Assembly (NCBI GenBank): GCA_963724765.1 | Contig: CAVRVY010000004.1 | Span: forward strand, 1,056,001 to 1,120,000 | DNA from: an uncultured delta proteobacterium | GTDB lineage: Bacteria > Desulfobacterota > Binatia > Binatales > Binataceae | Reading direction: 5' to 3' | DNA: 64,000 bases | Shown: positions 1 through 10,559 of the stretch, in pieces | Position numbering within the stretch: position 1 is the stretch's first letter | How the letters are laid out: every line of letters starts with the position of its first letter | Notes under the pieces: generated by a model | What the model was told of the DNA's origin: nothing | What the model saw: the letters and a program-made list of their open reading frames with translations, nothing else | The model's database searches: none | Translations under genes and position numbers: made by a program

Positions 1-310
<310 letters not shown>

Positions 311-428
311 TTATCTTGGAAACACTCCGAACTCGCACCGCCGCACCGCTCCAATGCCTCCGCACCCTACCCTCTCCCCCCCCCTGGAAGGCTATGGGGC
401 GACTGAGTAATCTCATGAACGGTCGGGT

Positions 429-1649
429 TCAATAGATCACCTTCGACTCTATCAGCGCGGCGATCTCTTCCTTCGTGAGGCCTAGGATGCCGTTGAAAAC
501 CTCGAAGTTGTGCTGTCCCAGGTCCGGTGGCGGGCTGTAGTTGAAGCGAGGAACGTTCCCGAGCCTGGCCGGAATTCCCGGCATCACGCGTTTACCGACC
601 GTGTGATGGTCGAGTTCCCACCAGTAGCCCCATTCCCATAGATGGCGGTCCTGATGAATCTCCACGCTGTCGAGCACCGGTCCGGCCGGCACGCCGGCGC
701 GCTGAAGACGCTCGGCCAGCTCGATATGCTGATGGTTGCGCGTCCACTGGCCCAAATGTGCGTCGAGCGCGTCGTTATTTTGCCAGCGCGCGACCTGATC
801 GGCGAACTTCGTCTCGCGAGCCCACGCGGGATTACCCATTACTTCACACAGCGCGCGCCATTCGGTGTCATTGCCTACCGCAATGGCTATCCACTTGTCA
901 TCTCCCGCACAGGGGTAGGTATTGTGCGGCGCCATCACGTCGTCGCGGTTGGCCCATTGCCGGCGGTCGCGCCCGTTCATGAAGTAGTCCATGTACCACT
1001 CGGGAGTTTCGCCGATTACGGTCTCGCCCATGCTCGCGTCGAGCCACTGGCCCTCGCCGGTGCGATCGCGATGGCGCAGCGCGGCGAGCAGGTGAAACAC
1101 CACCGCGGTGCCGATCGCGTAGTCGGGCCAGGTGCCGCCGGTATGGCGTGGCGCTCCGCCGGGATAGCCCTGCGCGTCGAAAGTGCCGATGAACGAGCAT
1201 GCCATCGGACCCCATCCGACCCAATCGGCCGGTTCGGTTCCGGTTTTGCCGAGCAGCGAGACTGAAATCAGTATGATGTCGCGTTTGACCGCGCGCAGCT
1301 CCTCGTAACTGAGCCCGAGCCGGCGCGAGAGCGGCGCCGGGTAGCACTCCAGCACGAAGTCGCTCTGCTTGACGAGTTCGTGGGCGAGTTCCTTGCCGCG
1401 CGGCGTCTTGACGTTGAGGTTGATCGATTTCTTGCCGTAGTTGAGCGTGTGGTAGCCGCCGTTGTTGTTCACGCCGGAGAGGCCCGCGGCCATAAAGGCG
1501 GGATTGAGCCGCGAAAAATCGAGATAGACCTGCGATTCGATCTTGATGACCTCGGCGCCCATCGCCGCGAGCCACAAGCCGATTTGCGGCCCGTTGATGA
1601 TTCAGCTGAAGTCAGTGACCCGGATTCCTTCAAGCGGCAGACGCGCCAT
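429..1649 (-). pseudogene. class III CoA-transferase (CaiB/BaiF, BbsF-like) with an in-frame TGA at codon 16
   Basis: The frame extends upstream of the track ORF to ATG 1649 with a GGAGG RBS: MARLPLEGIRVTDFS*IINGPQIGLWLAAMGAEVIKIE. TGA is at 1602-1604. The rest has NYGKKSINLN, the catalytic Asp region (WPDY) and PPDLGQHN. Confidence 0.8.
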
Positions 1650-1667
1650 CGCTCTTTCCTCCCCGAG

Positions 1668-2879
1668 TCAAATCACGCCGGCGGCGCGAAGTCCCGCGAG
1701 TTCCTCGCGCGAGTATCCGAGCCGCCCACACAGGATCTCTTCGTTATGCTCGCCCAGCAGTGGCGCACGGCGGGCGACGGGTGGCGTCGCGGTCAATCGC
1801 ACCAGCGGTCCCGGATAGCGGAAACGGCCGGCGACTGGATGGTCGATCTCGACGAAGGCGTTGCGCGCGCGCAGATGCGGATGCTCGGCGGCCTGCGCGA
1901 CGGTCAACACGGGGCCTATCGGCAGTCCGATTTTCTGCCCCTCGCGCACCAGCCAATCCATGTCGTGTTTGAGAAGCTCCCGCTGGATCAGCGGCCGCAC
2001 CACGTCGTCGTACTCGGCGCGCTGGGCGGTGTTCTTGAACAGGTCGGCTTCCAGCGCCTCGGGATGGCCGAGCAGTTCCTTGAGCGCCTCGAAATGCGAG
2101 TCCACCACCCACAGCACGTAAACGTACCCGTCGCGGCATTGCGACGGCTCCAGTCCGGCCTTGGCATTGGCGCGCAACCGGCTGTATGGCATCCCGGCAT
2201 AGCTGTAGACGATCATTTCGATCTTCGCGGTGTTGACCACCGCCTGCCAGCACGCGACGTCGACCCATTGCCCGGCGCCGGTGGCCTCGCGATGGAACAG
2301 CGCCATCATCGTCGCCGCCGCCGCGGTCGTCGCCCCCATCATGTCGGCCTGGCGGCCGGGCGCGCGCAGCGGATTCTCGCGCGCCGAATCGTTGATCAGC
2401 GTCGGCGTGTTGTAACCGGTCAGGCTCATCGCCCATTCGATAAGGTCCGAGCCCTTCCATCCGGCATACGGGCCGCTTTGGCCGAACGGCGTCACCGAGG
2501 TGACGATCAACCGCGGGTTGAGCGCGTGGAGGACTTCGTAGCCGAATCCGAGGCTTTCCATGTGGCCAGGCGGATGGTTTTCGATCAGGATGTCGGCGTC
2601 GCGCACCAGGCGCTCGAAGATTTCCGGGCCGCGCGCCGTCGCGGGATCGAGTGTCACACTTTTCTTGCTGGTGTTGAGGTAAAGAAAAAGTCCGCTCTTC
2701 TCCGGATGCGGAATATCGGCGGGGAACGGCGGATGGCTGCGCGCCTCGTCGCCCAAGCCGGGCGGCTCGATCTTGATGATCTCGGCGCCCATGTCGGCGA
2801 ACAGTTTGCCGCACATTGGCCCCGAGACCATCGTGGCGTATTCGACGACCTTGAGATCATCCAGCGCAGCGGCAGCCAA
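1668..2879 (-). CDS. class III CoA-transferase (CaiB/BaiF, BbsE-like partner subunit)
   Basis: LDDLKVVEYATMVSGPMCGKLFADMGAEIIKIEPPG, LNTSKKSVTLD, APLLGEHNEEIL; in tandem with a second CaiB gene. Confidence 0.9.
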   Translation of the reverse strand: MAAAALDDLKVVEYATMVSGPMCGKLFADMGAEIIKIEPPGLGDEARSHPPFPADIPHPEKSGLFLYLNTSKKSVTLDPATARGPEIFERLVRDADILIENHPPGHMESLGFGYEVLHALNPRLIVTSVTPFGQSGPYAGWKGSDLIEWAMSLTGYNTPTLINDSARENPLRAPGRQADMMGATTAAAATMMALFHREATGAGQWVDVACWQAVVNTAKIEMIVYSYAGMPYSRLRANAKAGLEPSQCRDGYVYVLWVVDSHFEALKELLGHPEALEADLFKNTAQRAEYDDVVRPLIQRELLKHDMDWLVREGQKIGLPIGPVLTVAQAAEHPHLRARNAFVEIDHPVAGRFRYPGPLVRLTATPPVARRAPLLGEHNEEILCGRLGYSREELAGLRAAGVI

Positions 2880-2979
2880 TTTCGTCGTCTCCCGGATTCA
2901 TCGCTTCAAAGGTTCGGCGTACTCAACGATACAGGTTGAGCTGACCGCGCCATAGCGAATTCGCGGAGAAACACCGCGC

Positions 2980-3714
2980 TCAGTGCGGAACCGAAGCCGG
3001 CGCTCCATGAATTGTATCGTCGGGCGTCGACGCGTGCGGCGGCTGCCCGGTCGTCGGCGGCGCCTTCGTAAACATCAGGCAATAGCTGGAGAGGAACGAA
3101 CTGCCCGGCCACGGATCATCCATGCTCATGTACTCGAAACCCGCGTGCTTGAGTTCATCCGCTACAATCATCGGGTCGATGCCGTGGCCTTCACGGTTCG
3201 GCGGCAGACCCTTGGGCGTCCACGGCCACGTAAGAATGCTGGGGCGAAAATCCAGCACCGCCAGTTGGCCACCCGAACGCAAGGCCTGGTAGAGACTGCG
3301 GTCGGTATCGGTGGGGTCGGTCAGGTGATGGTAGACGCGGCGGAGTATGATCGCGTCGCAGCAATTGGCTGGCAATCCGCTATCGCTCGCACTGGCCTGC
3401 ACCACCGTGACGTTGGCCAAATGCGCCGCCGCGACCGCGCTCCGGATTCTGCCCAGCTCCCGCGGATCGATCTCGGTAGAAAAGACGTGCCCCTTGGGTC
3501 CTACGAGCCCGCCCATGATCACCGTCATCCAGCCCGAGCCCGCGCCCACATCCGCCACCACCATCCCGGGCTTTATCTGGAGAATCGCGGCGAGACGGTC
3601 TGCGTCCGCCTGCTTGTGCGAGCAGCCTGTCAGAGCGAACGTCGCGATCAGCATCAAAGCCAGCACCAGGGAGCGCGCGCGATTGAGGAGAGGGAGCATG
3701 CGCCGGCTGTTCAT
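2980..3714 (-). CDS. class I SAM-dependent methyltransferase with lipoprotein-type signal peptide
   Basis: VVADVGAGSGW motif I, CDAIILRRVYHH, LRSGGQLAVLDF; hydrophobic N-terminus ending LTGC; start moved to ATG 3714 (GAGGGG RBS). Confidence 0.82.
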   Translation of the reverse strand: MNSRRMLPLLNRARSLVLALMLIATFALTGCSHKQADADRLAAILQIKPGMVVADVGAGSGWMTVIMGGLVGPKGHVFSTEIDPRELGRIRSAVAAAHLANVTVVQASASDSGLPANCCDAIILRRVYHHLTDPTDTDRSLYQALRSGGQLAVLDFRPSILTWPWTPKGLPPNREGHGIDPMIVADELKHAGFEYMSMDDPWPGSSFLSSYCLMFTKAPPTTGQPPHASTPDDTIHGAPASVPH

Positions 3715-3898
3715 CGAAGATCCCCTCATGCTTTCCATCTCGTCACTAATTCTAGTCGCGGATGAAGTTCGCGCCAGGGCGTTCATCCTCGCCGTCTCGC
3801 GCGCACCCGCCATCGCGGCGCACCGCTTATGACTTGTCGTCGCGCCGCAAATGCCGATAGATACGATGACTAAATTCGTACGCCAAACGGAGCAAGCA

Positions 3899-4705
3899 AT
3901 GCCAGTGTTATTATTTGAAGTCCGCGACCACATCGCCTATCTGACCATCAATCGCCCCGAGGTGCACAACGCGATGAACCCGGAGGTTGTGGTGCGCTTG
4001 GCCGAAGCATGGCAGCGCGTGGCCGACGATGACGACGTGCGCGCCGCGATCATCACCGGCGCAGGCGACAAAGCCTTCTCGGCCGGCGCCGATCTGGCGC
4101 GGATGATTCCGCTGATGACCGGCGCACGCCAGCCCGAAGATGAGTGGGACCACAAGATCAAGGAGAACCCGAAGCTCGGCGCGATGGCGCTGCTGCGCGG
4201 ATGGAACCTGTACAAACCCGTGATCGCGGCGGTCAACGGATTCTGCATCGCGGGCGGGCTCGAGCTGATGCAGGCGACGGATCTGCGCGTGGCGGCCGAA
4301 TCGGCGAGCTTCGCCCTGCAGGAGGTCAAGTGGGCGATCATCCCGGCCGGCGGCTCGCTGGTGCGGCTGGTGCGCCAGATGCCGTACTGCAAGGCGATGG
4401 AGATTCTGCTGACCGGCAACCGCATCCCGGCCGCCGAGGCGTGGCGGCTGGGGCTCATCAACTACGTGGCGGCGCAACGCGACGTGATGGCGAAAGCGGA
4501 AGAGCTGGCGCACGCGATTGCGGAAAACGGCCCGCTCGCGGTGCGTGCGATCAAGGAGACGGTTGAGAAATGTTCAGGGCTGCCGTTCGAGGCCGCGTTC
4601 AAGATCGAGAACGAGGCCCAGCGCTTCATCCGCAAGACCGAGGACGCGCGCGAAGGCCCGCGCGCATTCATCGAAAAGCGCAAGCCGAACTACAAGGGTA
4701 GGTAG
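3899..4705 (+). CDS. enoyl-CoA hydratase/isomerase (crotonase family)
   Basis: INRPEVHNAM, AFSAGADL, KPVIAAVNGFCIAGGLEL, EGPRAFIEKRKP. Confidence 0.92.
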   Translation: MPVLLFEVRDHIAYLTINRPEVHNAMNPEVVVRLAEAWQRVADDDDVRAAIITGAGDKAFSAGADLARMIPLMTGARQPEDEWDHKIKENPKLGAMALLRGWNLYKPVIAAVNGFCIAGGLELMQATDLRVAAESASFALQEVKWAIIPAGGSLVRLVRQMPYCKAMEILLTGNRIPAAEAWRLGLINYVAAQRDVMAKAEELAHAIAENGPLAVRAIKETVEKCSGLPFEAAFKIENEAQRFIRKTEDAREGPRAFIEKRKPNYKGR

Positions 4706-4724
4706 AAAAAGCCGGCGCCGCACG

Positions 4725-7700
4725 TCAGCCGCCGCCGGCGGCGCGCTCGCTATCGGAGACCGGGGCACTCGCCGGCCGCGGGGCTGCCGGTTGCGGCTTC
4801 CTTGCGGACAATCGATGCGAGAGCCGCTCGACGACGACGAAGAGCACGGGGACCAGGAAGATGGCAAAGCCGCTGGAGAACGCCATCCCGACGATCGTGA
4901 CCGTGCCGATCAGCCGGCGGGCCACCGCACCCGCTCCCAGAGCGGTCCATAGCGGAAGCAGGCCGAAGATAAATGCGAACGAGGTCATCAGAATCGGCCG
5001 CAGGCGCTGGCGCGCTCCGTTCAGCGCAGCCGTGACGATCGCCTGGCCCTGCTCGAGCTCGGCCTTGGCGAACTCCACGATCAGGATCGCATTCTTCGCC
5101 GAAAGCCCGATCAACATGATGAGGCCGATCTGCGCGTAGATATCGTTGTCGAAGCGGCGTGACCATAGGCCAAAGAACGCGCCGCAGACCGCCACCGGCA
5201 CGCTGAGCAGCACGCTGAACGGCAGCGACCAGCTTTCGTACAGCGCCGCGAGAATCAGAAACACCAGGATCAGCGAGAGTGCGAACACTCCCGCGCCGCC
5301 GCCCGCCACCGATTGCTGGTACGAGATCCCATTCCACGCATAGCCCATGTCACGCGGCAGCACTTTATCGGCAACCGCAGCGACCGCGCTCATCGCGTCG
5401 CCCGTGCTGAAGGAGGGTGCGGGAAGGGCGAAAATTTCGATGCTGCGGTATTCGTTGAAGCGCGTGGTGAATTCCGGGCCGAACGTCCGCTGCATGTTGA
5501 CCAGCGTCGAAAGCGGGACCATCGTGCCCGCGCTATTGCGGACATAGAACTGTCCGACTTCCGTCGCCCTGGTCCGGTACTGCGGTTCCGCCTCTACGAA
5601 AACCTTCCACACTCGTCCGAAGCGATTGAACTGGTTCACGTAGTAACCGCCGAGCAGGGTCTGCAGCGCGCGATAAACCTCGTCGATCGAAATCCCGAGC
5701 TTGAACACCTTGTCCTTGTCCACCGCCGCGAATAGCTGCGGGACCGAAGGACTGAAGGTGAAGCGCAGGCCCGCCATTTCGGGCCGCTTGTGCGCGGCGG
5801 CGAGAAACTTCTGCGTGTTCTGCCACAGATAATCGACGTCGTGGCCGCCCCGGTCCTGGATGAAGAAATCGATGCCGCTCGCCTGACCGATTCCGGGGAT
5901 CGCGGGCGGCAGGAACGCGAAGACCTGCGCGTCCAACAGCCCGGCGAGCTTGCGGTTCACCGAAGCAACGATCGACATGGCCTCCAGCGCGGGTATCCTG
6001 CGTTCCGGATACGGTTTCAGCAGACAGAAATAGACTCCGTTTCGAGGACTGGTCGTTTGCGACAGGATGCTGAAGCCGGCGATGCCGTTGCTATAGAGAA
6101 CTCCCGGCTCATGCTTCAGGATCTCGTCGATCTTGCGCATCACCGCGACCGTCCGCTGCAGCGAGGCGGCTTCCGGCAGCTCGACGTTGATTATGAAGTA
6201 GCCCTGGTCCTCGTCCGGCAGGAACGATTGGGGCAGAATCTTCCCGATCCCTCCCGCCAGGATCGCGAACCCGACCAGCAGCGCGAGCGCCAGCACGAAT
6301 TTCCGGATGAGCAGGGAGGAGATGCTGACGTAGCCCCTGGTCACCCACGCGAAACCCGTGTTGAAGAGCGCGAAGACTCGCGCGAGCGGACCCTTGCGCC
6401 CGGTCTCGGCTCTTTTCGGCCGCAGCAACAGCGCGCCCAGGGCGGGGCTCAGGGTGAGCGCGTTGAAGGCTGAGATGATGACCGAGAACGCGATCGTCAG
6501 CGCAAACTGCCGGTAGAGCGAGCCCGTTATTCCCGCCATAAATGCGGTCGGGATGAAGACAGCGGACAGCACCAGCGCAATTCCGACCAGCGCTCCGCCG
6601 ACCTCGTCCATCGCTTCGAGCGCCGCGTCGCGCGGCGACTGCCCCTGCTCGATTTTCGCCGTAATCGCCTCGACCACGACGATCGCGTCGTCGACCACCA
6701 GTCCGACGGCCAGCACCAGCCCCAGGAGCGAGAGCGTGTTGACCGAGAATCCGACCGCCGGAAAAAACATGAAAGCGCCCACCAGCGATACCGGGATGGT
6801 GAGAATCGGGATCAGCGTCGCCCGCCAGCTCTGCAAGAAGATGAACACCACCAGCACGACCAGGCCGATCGCCTCGAGCAGCGTTTTCACAATTTCCCAG
6901 GCGCCCTCGGTCACCGGGACGGTGGTGTCGAGCGTCAGCGTCACCTGCATATCCTGGGGGAAGCGTTTGGCGAGATCGCTCATCCTGGCCTTGGCTCGAT
7001 TCGCGGCTTCGAGCGCGTTGGACCCGGGGTTCTGATAGAGAATGAGCAGCGAGCTCGGCGCACCGTTCATGTACGCCTGTTGATCGTAGCTCTCGGCGCC
7101 GAGTTGGATCCGCGCGACGTCCTTGAGCCGCACCAGCGAGCCGTCGGGGTTCGCGCGCAGGATGATGTTGCCGAACTCCTCGGCGCTGAGCAGGCGGCCC
7201 TGCGCGCGCACCGTATAAGTGAGCTGCTGGCCCGGCGGCGCCGGCTCACCTCCGATCGTACCCGCGGGATTCACGACATTCTGAGCCGAGATCGCGTTGA
7301 CGATATCGTTCACGGTCAGCTGGAGCTTGGCGAGCGTGTCCGGCGTTACCCAAACCCGCATCGCGTAGTTCGCGGCGCCGAAGACCTTGACTTGGCCGAT
7401 GCCCGGGATGCGCGCGAGCTCATCCTCGATATTGATCGCGGTGTAGTTGGCAAGAAAAGTCTGGTCCCAGGTCCGATGCGGCGAGGTGATCGCGAAGACC
7501 AGCAGCGGAAGTCCGACCGTCTGCTGGGTCGTGAGGCCGTAGTTGCTCACCGCGGCGGGCAGGCTGGAGAGCGCCTGGGAGAGCCGGTTTTGGACCTGCA
7601 CTTGGTCGAGGTCGACGTCGGTGCCGACCTCGAAGTTGGCTTGCAGCGTCATCGTGCCATCGTCGCCGTTGATCGACTGCATGTAGATCATGTTCTTCGC

Positions 7701-7913
7701 GCCGTTGACCTGCTCCTCGATAGGAGTGGCGACCGACTGTTCAACGGTGAGCGCGTCCGCGCCGGTATAGACCGCCGTGGTCTGGATATCGGGAGGTACG
7801 ATTTCGGGGAACTGCGCGACCGGCAGCCGGAAAACCATGACGGCGCCGGCGATCACAAAAAAAATAGCGATAACCATCGCCACGATTGGCCGGTTGATGA
7901 AAAACTTCGACAT
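4725..7913 (-). CDS. RND efflux transporter permease subunit (HAE1/AcrB family)
   Basis: MSKFFINRPIVAMVIAI, GLVVDDAIVVVE, GLSAKNAILIVEFA, RLRPILMTSFAF; start placed at 7913. Confidence 0.95.
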   Translation of the reverse strand: MSKFFINRPIVAMVIAIFFVIAGAVMVFRLPVAQFPEIVPPDIQTTAVYTGADALTVEQSVATPIEEQVNGAKNMIYMQSINGDDGTMTLQANFEVGTDVDLDQVQVQNRLSQALSSLPAAVSNYGLTTQQTVGLPLLVFAITSPHRTWDQTFLANYTAINIEDELARIPGIGQVKVFGAANYAMRVWVTPDTLAKLQLTVNDIVNAISAQNVVNPAGTIGGEPAPPGQQLTYTVRAQGRLLSAEEFGNIILRANPDGSLVRLKDVARIQLGAESYDQQAYMNGAPSSLLILYQNPGSNALEAANRAKARMSDLAKRFPQDMQVTLTLDTTVPVTEGAWEIVKTLLEAIGLVVLVVFIFLQSWRATLIPILTIPVSLVGAFMFFPAVGFSVNTLSLLGLVLAVGLVVDDAIVVVEAITAKIEQGQSPRDAALEAMDEVGGALVGIALVLSAVFIPTAFMAGITGSLYRQFALTIAFSVIISAFNALTLSPALGALLLRPKRAETGRKGPLARVFALFNTGFAWVTRGYVSISSLLIRKFVLALALLVGFAILAGGIGKILPQSFLPDEDQGYFIINVELPEAASLQRTVAVMRKIDEILKHEPGVLYSNGIAGFSILSQTTSPRNGVYFCLLKPYPERRIPALEAMSIVASVNRKLAGLLDAQVFAFLPPAIPGIGQASGIDFFIQDRGGHDVDYLWQNTQKFLAAAHKRPEMAGLRFTFSPSVPQLFAAVDKDKVFKLGISIDEVYRALQTLLGGYYVNQFNRFGRVWKVFVEAEPQYRTRATEVGQFYVRNSAGTMVPLSTLVNMQRTFGPEFTTRFNEYRSIEIFALPAPSFSTGDAMSAVAAVADKVLPRDMGYAWNGISYQQSVAGGGAGVFALSLILVFLILAALYESWSLPFSVLLSVPVAVCGAFFGLWSRRFDNDIYAQIGLIMLIGLSAKNAILIVEFAKAELEQGQAIVTAALNGARQRLRPILMTSFAFIFGLLPLWTALGAGAVARRLIGTVTIVGMAFSSGFAIFLVPVLFVVVERLSHRLSARKPQPAAPRPASAPVSDSERAAGGG

Positions 7914-7938
7914 CGCTTCCAGGCCTGGCCCGCCGCGC

Positions 7939-9129
7939 TCACGACGCTGCGGGAGCTGCGGGCTGTCTCGCCGGCGCGGGAGCGGCCGGGCCATCCGGCC
8001 CGGCGGGAGCCAACCGTGGCTTCACTTCCATCCCGTCGGAAACCCTTTGCAAACCCTCGGTGATAACGTGTTCGCCGGGCGTTAGACCCTTTTCGATGAT
8101 TCTGAGATTGCCCGCCTGCTTGCCGGTCTTGACCGTACGCAGGCTGACCCGGTTGTCTGCATCCACGACCGCGACCTGAGATTGTCCCTGGGTCTCGAGC
8201 ACCGCGTCCTGGGGAACGAGCAGTGCGCCCCGCTGAACATCGGCCGCCACGCGAATTTTCGCATATAAACCGGGCCGCAGAATGTAGTCGGGATTCGGAA
8301 AAATTCCCTGGATGACGATCGTGCCGGTCTGCACGTTGACCTGGCGATTGGCGACATAAAAGTGGCCTGGATATTTGTAGGTCTTGTTGTCGGCAAGGAT
8401 CATTTGCAGCTCGGGCTCGTTCTTCGCCACCCCTTGCTCTTCGTGCTGCTTGATGCGCTCGGCGAAATGCAGATACTCGCGCTCGCTAATCGGGAAGCTG
8501 ACCTTGATCGGGTCGAGTTGCGAGACCGTCGTCAGTAGCGTGGTGGGGCCGACCAGGTCGCCGACTTGCGTCTTGGCGATGCCGGCGATGCCGCCGATGG
8601 GCGAGATCACCCGCGTCCACTGCAGGTTGAGGCGCGCCGATTCGACCGCCGCCTGGCCCGCCTGCACCTGCGCCGCGGTTGCGCGCGTGGTTTGCGTCTG
8701 AGTGTCAAATTGCTGCTTCGAGATAACGGCCATTTTGTAGAGCGTCGTATAGCGCGCGAGATCCTGCTGATGCTGCTTTAGCTGGGCCTCCACCTGGGCA
8801 AGATCGCCGAGCGCCTGGTCGAGCGCGGCTTTGTACTCGCGATCGTCGATCTGGAACAGCAACTGGCCTTCGTTCACCTTGTCGCCGTCCCTGTAGTTCT
8901 GCTTCAGCAGATAGCCGGATACCTTCGGATGAATTTGCGCGTTGACGAAACCCGCGGTCGTGCCGACCCACTCCGAGTAAAGCGGCACGTCTCGCTGGAC
9001 GACCTCGGTGACCACGACTTCCGGCGCGGGCGGCGCCGTCGCGGGCGCCGTCTTCTTGCATGCCGTCGCGGCCAGCAAGAGCGCCGGCGCAAAAGTGGCA
9101 GCGACGAGTAGAAGAATTTTCCGCGGCAT
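7939..9129 (-). CDS. RND efflux periplasmic adaptor (AcrA/MexA-like lipoprotein)
   Basis: Lipobox ATAC, V.EGQLLFQID, SPIGGIAG, LRPGLYAKI; directly upstream of the RND permease. Confidence 0.93.
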   Translation of the reverse strand: MPRKILLLVAATFAPALLLAATACKKTAPATAPPAPEVVVTEVVQRDVPLYSEWVGTTAGFVNAQIHPKVSGYLLKQNYRDGDKVNEGQLLFQIDDREYKAALDQALGDLAQVEAQLKQHQQDLARYTTLYKMAVISKQQFDTQTQTTRATAAQVQAGQAAVESARLNLQWTRVISPIGGIAGIAKTQVGDLVGPTTLLTTVSQLDPIKVSFPISEREYLHFAERIKQHEEQGVAKNEPELQMILADNKTYKYPGHFYVANRQVNVQTGTIVIQGIFPNPDYILRPGLYAKIRVAADVQRGALLVPQDAVLETQGQSQVAVVDADNRVSLRTVKTGKQAGNLRIIEKGLTPGEHVITEGLQRVSDGMEVKPRLAPAGPDGPAAPAPARQPAAPAAS

Positions 9130-9290
9130 CAGCCAATTCTCCCGCGATCTCATCGGACCAACGATTATGCTCAAATACGCAACGTCGGGCGAGGCCTCAT
9201 AAGCCGGACGCAGGCCTCTCCGTTCCTCTCCTCCGGAGGGAGAAATTTTTTCAAAGAACAGCCCGGCAGTGCGCGAAGCGAGGGATTAAA

Positions 9291-9866
9291 TTGAACAAGG
9301 TGCTGCACAAATTTGCTGGGGTTGGCAAATGGCTCGAGCATGAGTTCGTCGCGGCTTGGCCGGTATTTCTCTTCTTTCTGATTGGATTTCTGTTTTTGCT
9401 TGTGATCGTCAAGCTGGTGCTGGCGAATTTCTCGATCGAGATCACGGCACTTCCCAGCGCCGTGGTCGGCGCCCTGCTGGCTGCCAAGGCGGTGCTTATA
9501 CTCAATGAGACGACGCTCGCGCGCCACCTCGAGCGCTATCGCCGGATTGTTGCAGTCGCCGTTAAGACCTTACTTTACGGCGCCATTACCCTGTTGCTCG
9601 GCTACCTCGAGAGGCTCCTGGAGGCGCGACATCGGATGCATGCTTTCGGCGCGGCGGCGGACTACGTGATTGCCCAGACGAGTCTGTACCGGCTGTTCGC
9701 CTGGGCCCTGGGCATAACTCTCGTGTTTGGACTCTACTTCGCGTTGTTCGAGATCAGCCAGCGCATGGGAAAGGGAGAGCTTTGGAAACTGTTTTTCGAA
9801 TCTCCCATGACCGGCGGCGGAACCAGCCAGCAGTCGAACGTCACTGTCGGCAAGGTTCTGAATTGA
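9291..9866 (+). CDS. hypothetical integral membrane protein (about 4 TM helices)
   Basis: Four hydrophobic stretches (PVFLFFLIGFLFLLVIVKL etc.); TTG start at 9291 with GAGGG RBS. Confidence 0.7.
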   Translation: MNKVLHKFAGVGKWLEHEFVAAWPVFLFFLIGFLFLLVIVKLVLANFSIEITALPSAVVGALLAAKAVLILNETTLARHLERYRRIVAVAVKTLLYGAITLLLGYLERLLEARHRMHAFGAAADYVIAQTSLYRLFAWALGITLVFGLYFALFEISQRMGKGELWKLFFESPMTGGGTSQQSNVTVGKVLN

Positions 9867-10034
9867 AGCGTCGGTTCAATGACTTAGTCGGGGCAGATCT
9901 CGAAATCGTTTAATCCCGTCGCGCGATCAGCGTGATTTCCGGCTATCTCGGGAACGGCGTCTTAGATGACCTCCCGCGGACGCCTCGCGTTGTTCTCATC
10001 GCTAGTGCTAGTAAAAGAACGCGGAGGATTCGCG

Positions 10035-10448
10035 ATGGCACTCAAGCTGAAAAAGACCGTCAAGCAACTGTGCGCCGAGGCTGAAAAGGAGATTCAGACC
10101 ATAACCCCGCAGGAGGCGGTCAAGCTCAAGGACGATCCCGGCGTCCTGCTGGTCGACATCCGCGACATCCGCGAACTGCAGCGCGACGGCCGCGTGCCCG
10201 GCGCCCTCCATGCGCCGCGCGGGATGCTGGAATTCTGGATCGATCCGGAGAGCCCCTACTACAAGGAGGTCTTCGGCACGGGCAAGCGTTTCGTGTTTTT
10301 TTGCGCGGGCGGACTGCGCTCGGCGCTGGCCACGCAGGCGGTGCAGCAGATGGGCCTGGAGCCGGTGTGTCACATTCGCGGCGGATTTCGCGCCTGGAAA
10401 GAAAGCGGCGGCGCGGTCGAGCGGATGCCCGAAAAGAAGCCGGAGTGA
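10035..10448 (+). CDS. rhodanese-like domain protein
   Basis: LLVDIRDIRE..GRVPGA.H.PRGMLEF, active-site loop FCAGGLRSALA; GGAGG RBS before ATG 10035. Confidence 0.92.
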   Translation: MALKLKKTVKQLCAEAEKEIQTITPQEAVKLKDDPGVLLVDIRDIRELQRDGRVPGALHAPRGMLEFWIDPESPYYKEVFGTGKRFVFFCAGGLRSALATQAVQQMGLEPVCHIRGGFRAWKESGGAVERMPEKKPE

Positions 10449-10559
10449 TTCCGGCGTCCGGCTGTTCAAAGTCATTGCGGCGCACCATCAACGCTCGAGC
10501 GTGGAAGATCGATATCAACCTGGCCAATCCAACTTCATCTAATCCTGGGAGAATGTTTG

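Noticed and set aside
361-410. C-rich REP-like sequence (similar at about 9215-9243)
   Set aside because: Too degenerate to define a repeat unit from two weak instances.
1602-1604. TGA as selenocysteine or an alternative genetic code
   Set aside because: The position corresponds to Trp rather than Cys in this family, I could not see a convincing SECIS hairpin, and TGA terminates many genes in the window.
1380-2939. Long antisense and alternate-frame ORFs (also 18404-19717, 25920-27032, 35293-36444, 39468-41267 and many others)
   Set aside because: They overlap well-supported genes and are the expected stop-poor shadows of high-GC coding DNA.
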